Assembly (NCBI GenBank): GCA_964248365.1
Contig: CAXTYC010000048.1
Span: forward strand, 1 to 31,822
Length of the DNA: 31,822 nucleotides
Direction: 5' to 3'
Origin: an uncultured Chroococcidiopsis sp.
Lineage (GTDB): Bacteria > Cyanobacteriota > Cyanobacteriia > Cyanobacteriales > Chroococcidiopsidaceae
Positions 25,798 through 31,822 of the stretch are shown one piece after another. The translations under genes and the position numbers were made by a program. Under the pieces are notes generated by a model, which saw nothing but the letters and a program-made list of their open reading frames with translations, was not told the origin of the DNA and did not search any database. Each line of letters starts with the position of its first letter. Within the stretch, counting starts at the first letter, position 1.

Positions 25798-27266
25798 TTT
25801 CCCCTTTTCCCTTTCCCCAGAGTGTTCCCCAGAGTGCTGACATAGCGCTCGAACCAAAGTCCGATCGCAATAACACCAACACCACACAAAATAAAGACTA
25901 GGGATTTAAACAATAATTCTGTATTAGATAGTACAAACCAATTGAGAATTCGTAGAATTAATAGCACCATGCCACCCCAAAAGGCGCGTCGCCTTCCAAG
26001 GGCTAGTCCTTCGCGGATCAAGCCAGCAGCCAAAAGGAACAATAGCGCGTTAAAAATAAATGTGGCAACTAGGGGAATGGGAGCGATACTTGTATGCCAA
26101 AAGGGTACTAAGGCTGATATACAGATAAATACACCAATAACTATAGTGGTGAGATTGTCCCCGCGATCGCCACCCCCCTGTTTCCCCCCTAGTAGGGGGG
26201 ATGTAAGGGGGGTTGCTAAACGCCACCACTCAAACATTGCGAAGCAACTCAAAATTAGGGCATCGAGCAATAAAAACCAATTCAGCCTTGATGGTGTCGT
26301 TGCAGTATGAGATCGTGATCCCCAAGACGAATAGAAAGACAAGGAATAAAACGAGATACCCAGCCAAACAAGCGCCAGCTGACGAGAAATAGGCTGAAAC
26401 GATCCTCCGCTGGAGTGCAATCGCCCATTTGACAGCCCAGGGAAGTTACCATAAACCCACCATGAGTCATCGTAGCCCCATAATAGTGCTGGTGGTAAAG
26501 CAACTGCGATCGCTAACACCCAAGGTGCTGAGTTTAATAAGAATAATATATTGGCTGACAAAGAATACACGAGCGCGATCGCTCCTAAAACAAAAATCCA
26601 ACGGGATCGACACCAGTAAGCTAGGGGTATAAATAGCAACTGGGCTACAATTGGCATATGCTGCCCGATGAGGGATGCCCAAGAAAATTCATCTATAGAA
26701 GACGATACGAACCAACTTGATTGTACAAATTTCCCCCAAAAATCCCAATAACCCAAACCAATCAGGATAATTGACAGTACACCCATTGAAGTTAAACGCA
26801 AGCTGTAAGTCATTGCCAAAACACCAATTCCCCAGGCAAGCAATAACTCATAAAAGGGGGCATTGATGTGAAACATTTGTCCCATCAGCCCCATATTTGC
26901 GCCTAAGATGAACGCGCCTAAAAGCAATAATCCCTGCCCTAGTCGTTGTTGCGCGTGGTTGGGTTGCTTCCACTTGCTAAACCCAACAATATTTACCCCG
27001 ATAAACAAACTTAGTAGTATAATTACTTTAGCTATACGTGGCAACTCCTGCCAGTTTGCTGCCACAAAGGTAATCACCCCTAAACCGATCAAAATACTGC
27101 CCAACCCAATCAAAATCGTAACGAAACGGTTACGGGCAGAAGTATCAAGCGTGTTAAATTGATAACGCTCTAATAACTGTTCGTATTGGGAATCATCAAT
27201 CAACCCCTCAGCCCGCCATAGCTCTGCTTCATGTCGTAACTGATACCGAAACTTCTCTGAGATCAT
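25785..27266 (-). CDS. DUF2157 family polytopic membrane protein
   Basis: W..EGLID, LGSILIGLGVITFVAANWQELP, GANMGLMGQMFHI; many TM segments. Confidence 0.88.
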   Translation of the reverse strand: MISEKFRYQLRHEAELWRAEGLIDDSQYEQLLERYQFNTLDTSARNRFVTILIGLGSILIGLGVITFVAANWQELPRIAKVIILLSLFIGVNIVGFSKWKQPNHAQQRLGQGLLLLGAFILGANMGLMGQMFHINAPFYELLLAWGIGVLAMTYSLRLTSMGVLSIILIGLGYWDFWGKFVQSSWFVSSSIDEFSWASLIGQHMPIVAQLLFIPLAYWCRSRWIFVLGAIALVYSLSANILFLLNSAPWVLAIAVALPPALLWGYDDSWWVYGNFPGLSNGRLHSSGGSFQPISRQLALVWLGISFYSLSFYSSWGSRSHTATTPSRLNWFLLLDALILSCFAMFEWWRLATPLTSPLLGGKQGGGDRGDNLTTIVIGVFICISALVPFWHTSIAPIPLVATFIFNALLFLLAAGLIREGLALGRRRAFWGGMVLLILRILNWFVLSNTELLFKSLVFILCGVGVIAIGLWFERYVSTLGNTLGKGKRGKVEG

Positions 27267-27411
27267 GACAATCTCTACCTTCTGTTGTATGTAAAAGGCG
27301 CGGTAGTCGTCTACTATAAACTCCTGCCCCTACGAATTTATACTGAATGCAAATGTATGATTTTACTTGAGGGTTTGTGACAGTTGTGCTGGTGGTTGTA
27401 AATTAAAACAC

Positions 27412-27855
27412 TTAAATAATGCGATCGCGCAGAATCTCCCTTACTTCCATTAAAATCACACCGAGCATATTTTTGCCCGTACCATCAGCACCACATCCCC
27501 AGTAATAATCAGTTGGGGCTTTTTCTACCAGTAATTCATCACCTGTAGAAACTAGCACCTCGCGGATATCTGCATGGGTTTCAAATTTGCGTAAAACAGC
27601 TTGCCGCATGATATGATCTTTCACTAGCTCCCAATCAGAACGCAAAGGACGCGATCGGTCTCGCCCCATCTGTGCCGCTTCTTTTGGTGTTTTCGCCTGT
27701 CGAATCTCCTCAACATGAGGCGTACCAGCAAATTTTTGTGCCTGAAAATAATGCTCACTCGTTGCCCACCAAGCACCATCTAACTCAAAACCATGCCGAG
27801 AAAAGTTAGAGAAACAGCCGTATTTGTCCCTCGTGCCGTAAAAGTAAATAGTCAT
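27412..27855 (-). CDS. ybiA: NADAR family N-glycosidase (YbiA-like)
   Basis: FSNF, TSEHYFQAQKF, LRSDWE, D.YWG.G..G.GKNMLG..LM.VR. Confidence 0.92.
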   Translation of the reverse strand: MTIYFYGTRDKYGCFSNFSRHGFELDGAWWATSEHYFQAQKFAGTPHVEEIRQAKTPKEAAQMGRDRSRPLRSDWELVKDHIMRQAVLRKFETHADIREVLVSTGDELLVEKAPTDYYWGCGADGTGKNMLGVILMEVREILRDRII

Positions 27856-28013
27856 TTAAACTTATAAAAGCTGGGTATTTTTACCCCATGATTGATAACT
27901 AGTAATTGGTAATTCCTCAGCTTTCTCCTACTAACGAGAAAAAACTTCCTCATCTTTGCGCCTTTGCGCCTTTGCGCGACACAAATCCAAAATCCTGACA
28001 TCACATGAGAGAA

Positions 28014-29090
28014 TCATATCATCACCAACCGAGCGAGAGTTGCCTCCATCACAGCAGCGGTTTGCCCACTGACACTAAAAACCAGTGCTTCTCTGTAGAC
28101 ACGCTGTGCAGCATGGCTTGCGTAATTAGCCGCACCACCCGAAACCGTCACACCAGCATGAGCGCAGCGAACCGCTAAATCAATTGCCCAAGCCCGCAAT
28201 TCCAAACGTTTGTCCAGGGATGTATACTCGCTTTGAGCTTGCCTAATTGCACTACGACAATTGGATAATTCCTGGTTTAGCGTTTCATATGCTTGGGCGA
28301 TAAAGGAAAATTTTTTATTAGAATAGGCAGCTTGCACAATATCAAGACCAGCCATAGCACATCCTAAAGTCAAACCAGTTGCATTGAGAACATTCTTTTT
28401 GTCGTTTTCGTGAATCCATTGGCTAGGCTGAATCGAAACAACTGACTTTTCGGGTAATAACCAATTTTTCATAGTAGCAGTGACAGTGTTAGTTGATGTC
28501 ATTGCTGCTAGTTTTATTGGCTGACTGAATGTAATTGCACCCGTTGCACCCTGATTTGATTGTACAAAAGGCACGACACCAAAAACTGTTTGACCATCAG
28601 GCAAGCTAGCAGCCACAATAAACTTATCAAACAAGCCAAAACCAGTCACCCAAGGTACAAATCCCTCTATTTGATAACCTCCTGCCACCTCAATAGCTTT
28701 GACAACGGGTTCACCTCCACGTCGCAGATGAGAAAAACCAATGCCCAGTAGAACGTTACCATTACCCATTCGGGGTAGATATTCCTGCTTAAGCAACTCG
28801 TTTTGGCTTTGAGCAAGCATAGCAGCGGCACTTTGATGTTGAGTTTGGAGGAATGCCAAAGCACCAGAATGTCTAGCTACCAGTTCCTGAAAAGTCTGAA
28901 AAGTTTCTTCACAAACTGCCCTACCACCCCAACTTGAAGGAACCCTTAGTGCCAGTAAACCCAGCTTACCCAAATCTTTCAGGGCATTTTGCAGAGCCGA
29001 GGCATCACTATCAAGCATGGTGGCATGAGGTGTAACTGTCTGGTTTAAATAAGATTTGGCTAGATTTAGCAGGCTTTGATGAGGGTTCAT
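28014..29090 (-). CDS. Acyl-CoA dehydrogenase family protein
   Basis: LGLLALRVP..WGG, GALAFLQTQHQSA, PWVTG, AQRVYREALVF; ATG at 29090 is more plausible than the TTG at 29153. Confidence 0.85.
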   Translation of the reverse strand: MNPHQSLLNLAKSYLNQTVTPHATMLDSDASALQNALKDLGKLGLLALRVPSSWGGRAVCEETFQTFQELVARHSGALAFLQTQHQSAAAMLAQSQNELLKQEYLPRMGNGNVLLGIGFSHLRRGGEPVVKAIEVAGGYQIEGFVPWVTGFGLFDKFIVAASLPDGQTVFGVVPFVQSNQGATGAITFSQPIKLAAMTSTNTVTATMKNWLLPEKSVVSIQPSQWIHENDKKNVLNATGLTLGCAMAGLDIVQAAYSNKKFSFIAQAYETLNQELSNCRSAIRQAQSEYTSLDKRLELRAWAIDLAVRCAHAGVTVSGGAANYASHAAQRVYREALVFSVSGQTAAVMEATLARLVMI

Positions 29091-29626
29091 GTAATAATAT
29101 ATGCTTTTTGTGTAATTAGAGGGCAAAAAGCAAGTTTTTTCTATTTTCTTCAATTATTTCTGGACTAGCTAGAACCCCCTTGGTAAATAATCCACACCCC
29201 ACTAATAACTTTAAATAACTTTTTCTTAAGTATCAGTCAAATTTATTTGTGAAGTTTAGATAAAGTAGTTAAACTGAAATTATGAAGAAGGTGTTCGGTA
29301 CAATATTGTTTCAGCGCCATTCATCCTCCTCTAGATAGAAATCCCTATTTGGAGAAGACTTGTCTTTAGCAAATCTTTACATATTTTCAGTAGTTTCTAC
29401 AGTTCTAAGCAAGGGGAAGATAACATATCTTTATTTCATTGGTTCATAAGCAAACTTTATCTGAGTTTTTACGATTAAATTTAGCCATTGGTCTAGGTTC
29501 GTTACACGATATTCACCTACTTAGATGATTAGAGTTAATCGCTCAATCGGTTGAATTCGATTGAGTTTTGAATACCCCAGCCACTTTTTCATCAAAAATC
29601 TAAAAGTAATTCAATAAGTAAACATT

Positions 29627-30076
29627 ATGAAAGTAGAAAATAATAATAAACCTAATTCCACAAAATTTCAGACTAATGCTGATTCAACAAATTGGTATAA
29701 AAAGGGCGAACAGCTAGCTAACAGGGGCAATTATGCACAAGCACTGGCTTGCTTGGATCAAGCTGTAGCAATTCAACCGCAAGACAATGCAGCTTGGGTG
29801 TTGCGAGGCGTTGTCCTGATTCACTTGGAGCTATACAAAGAAGCACTTGCCAGTTGTAATCAAGCCTTGACAATTCAACCGACTGACAAACAAGCTTGGC
29901 TTTTCCGAGGTGCTGCTTTAAATCACTTAGGACGCTACAAACAGTCCTATGATAGTTATGACAAAGCCTTGGGTAGGGTGCGGCAATCAGCAGGGCAAAA
30001 ATTGGCTCAGATATTAAGAGGAATTTTCAAATATCAATTATCAATGAACAATGAACAATTAACAATGAACAGGTAG
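29627..30076 (+). CDS. Small TPR protein
   Basis: About three TPR units (WYKKGEQL..., AWVLRGVVL..., AWLFRGAAL...); the last residues are encoded by aacaatg STRR. Confidence 0.85.
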   Translation: MKVENNNKPNSTKFQTNADSTNWYKKGEQLANRGNYAQALACLDQAVAIQPQDNAAWVLRGVVLIHLELYKEALASCNQALTIQPTDKQAWLFRGAALNHLGRYKQSYDSYDKALGRVRQSAGQKLAQILRGIFKYQLSMNNEQLTMNR

Positions 30077-30142
30077 TAATTGATAATTGGTAATAGGTAA
30101 TGGGTAATTGGTAATAGGTAATTAATAATTGATAATTAATAG

Positions 30143-31162
30143 ATGAACTTACCTCAATCAAGCCGAATACAGTTTACTCTAGATTTAAACATCTGTCGTC
30201 TATTAAATGGGATGTGGCAGGTGTCGGGAGCGCATGGAGCGATAGAGCCAAAAAGCGCGATCGCCAGTATGTTTGATTATATGGATGCTGGTTTCACTAC
30301 TTGGGACTTGGCAGACCATTATGGACCTGCGGAAGACTTTATCGGCGAATTCAGGCGTAAACTTGTCGCCACGAGGGGTGAAGATGCTCTGTCCAACTTA
30401 CAAGCATTTACGAAATGGGTTCCAAGACCAACCAAAATGACTCGGCGCTTGGTGGAACAGAACATCGACAGATCCTTGAAAAGGATGGGTGTCGAAAGCC
30501 TCGACTTGATTCAATTCCACTGGTGGGAATACAGAGATAAAAACTATCTGGATGCTCTTGCTTATATGGCAGAACTCCAGAAAGAGGGAAAAATCAAACA
30601 CCTTGCCTTAACTAATTTTGATACTGAACACTTGAAAATTATTATCCACTCAGGCATCAAGATAGTTTCCAACCAAGTGCAGTTTTCTTTGATTGATCGC
30701 CGTCCCCTAGTAAAGATGGTGTCATTTTGTCAAGAGCATGATATAAAACTTCTTGCTTATGGCACACTTTGCGGCGGGTTGTTGTCAGAAAAGTATTTAG
30801 GACAATCTGAACCGCGAGGCGGAGTATTAAACACTGCGTCGCTGCGGAAATACAAGAATATGGTGGATGCGTGGGGTGGTTGGAGTTTGTTTCAAGAACT
30901 ACTGTCACTTTTGAAGCAAATTGCCGATAAATATGCTGTCAGCATCCCTAATGTTGCAGTTCGTTACATTCTCGACCAGCCAACGGTTGCAGGTGCAATA
31001 GTTGGCGCTAGGCTTGGTGTATCAGAACATCTAGCAGACAATGCTAGGGTGTTCAATTTCACACTCGATACAAATGATATTGAGCGAATAAATGCTATTG
31101 TCGGGCGATCGCGGGATCTATACCAGGCGATCGGTGACTGTGGCGACGAGTATCGGCATTAA
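30143..31162 (+). CDS. Aldo/keto reductase
   Basis: GMWQ, DLADHYGPAE, LDLIQFHWW, GKIKHLALTNF, NQVQFSLIDRR, YGTLCGGLL. Confidence 0.93.
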   Translation: MNLPQSSRIQFTLDLNICRLLNGMWQVSGAHGAIEPKSAIASMFDYMDAGFTTWDLADHYGPAEDFIGEFRRKLVATRGEDALSNLQAFTKWVPRPTKMTRRLVEQNIDRSLKRMGVESLDLIQFHWWEYRDKNYLDALAYMAELQKEGKIKHLALTNFDTEHLKIIIHSGIKIVSNQVQFSLIDRRPLVKMVSFCQEHDIKLLAYGTLCGGLLSEKYLGQSEPRGGVLNTASLRKYKNMVDAWGGWSLFQELLSLLKQIADKYAVSIPNVAVRYILDQPTVAGAIVGARLGVSEHLADNARVFNFTLDTNDIERINAIVGRSRDLYQAIGDCGDEYRH

Positions 31163-31163
31163 C

Positions 31164-31278
31164 TAGGGGCTAGGGACTAGGGGCTAGGGGCTAGGGAGAG
31201 TGGGAGAGGGAAAGACAAATTATCAATTACCAATTACCAATTACCAATCCAAAATCCAAAATCCAAAATCCAAAATCG
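31164..31278. repeat. STRR cluster (ctagggg)n, (aattacc)n, (aatccaa)n
   Basis: Heptamer tandem repeats filling the intergenic space. Confidence 0.85.
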
Positions 31279-31279
31279 C

Positions 31280-31669
31280 ATGACTGACGAGCGTAGGGAT
31301 GTATTAGCGGCTAATGAGGCTTTTTACCGCGCCTTTGAGAAAAAGGACATTGAAGCCATGAGTCGAGTTTGGTCGCAGGGAACTGGTAGCCTTTGCATTC
31401 ACCCTGGAAGCAAAGCTTTGCGCGGTTGGAAGGAGATTCGCTCCTCTTGGGAGAAAATATTTAAGAATACCAAGTACATTGAAATAGAGACAGAAATTAT
31501 CACTACGGAGATTCGCAACAATCTCGCCTACGTCATTGTTGTAGAAAATTTGCTGCAAATCGTCAGTGGTAGAAGAATTCAAGCGCAGTCGATGGCTACA
31601 AATATCTTTGAGCAAATGGCTGGAAAATGGTATTTAGTCCATCATCATGGTAGCCCCTTGGTGCGTTAG
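31280..31669 (+). CDS. SnoaL/NTF2-like family protein
   Basis: ANEAFYRAFE..D..AM..VW, CIHPG, ATNIF...GKW.LVHHHGS. Confidence 0.9.
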   Translation: MTDERRDVLAANEAFYRAFEKKDIEAMSRVWSQGTGSLCIHPGSKALRGWKEIRSSWEKIFKNTKYIEIETEIITTEIRNNLAYVIVVENLLQIVSGRRIQAQSMATNIFEQMAGKWYLVHHHGSPLVR

Positions 31670-31702
31670 AGCTTTCTTTTTAGATCTTCATTAATGTTTC
31701 TA

Positions 31703-31819
31703 TCCGCAATGAAATAAATTTCATTGCTCATAGCTTAAGTCCATTAAAATGGACTAGATTATTCTAACAGTCCTGTTTACAGGACTTTCGCTATTGGAAC
31801 ACAAATTGATTTGTGGGCG
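31703..31819. mobile_element. Four-hairpin palindromic miniature element (MITE/REPIN-like)
   Basis: Hairpins at 31706-31727, 31738-31755, 31769-31786 and 31800-31815, arranged with overall dyad symmetry. Confidence 0.6.
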
Positions 31820-31822
31820 AGT

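Noticed and set aside
29154..29626. ncRNA or NtcA site in the long AT-rich intergenic region
   Set aside because: I found no GTA-N8-TAC match or convincing structure by eye; probably divergent promoters.
37..31615. Numerous short overlapping or antisense ORFs in the ORF track
   Set aside because: They lie within well-supported genes and have no recognisable motifs.

Overview
Cyanobacterial chromosomal segment: many HIP1 octamers (GCGATCGC), short tandem repeats (STRR) and dispersed palindromic repeats, and a cyanobacterial-type dnaE. The main feature is a ~15.6 kb two-armed, convergent locus (4191-19842). Its + arm encodes an ECF-like sigma factor, a DUF1822 protein, a membrane CHAT(caspase-like)-CHASE2 receptor-protease and an exported DUF928 protein. 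Its - arm encodes a double-glycine-leader cargo protein, a C39-peptidase ABC exporter, HlyD, a haemagglutinin/TpsA-like beta-helix protein and an exported TPR-CHAT protease. Both arms are preceded by the same bipartite motif, GCATAAA-N16-CGAG-N7-TAG, which suggests one sigma-driven, protease-controlled signalling and secretion circuit. Other points of note: a contiguous, intein-free dnaE; an HNH gene broken by one in-frame TAG; a 102-bp-repeat HEAT protein; and several genes carrying in-frame repeat insertions. The rest is ordinary (FAD oxidoreductase, TonB-like, GDYXXLXY/DUF2157 pair, NADAR, acyl-CoA dehydrogenase, TPR, aldo/keto reductase, SnoaL/NTF2). Family assignments come from recognising motifs by eye; no database searches were run.
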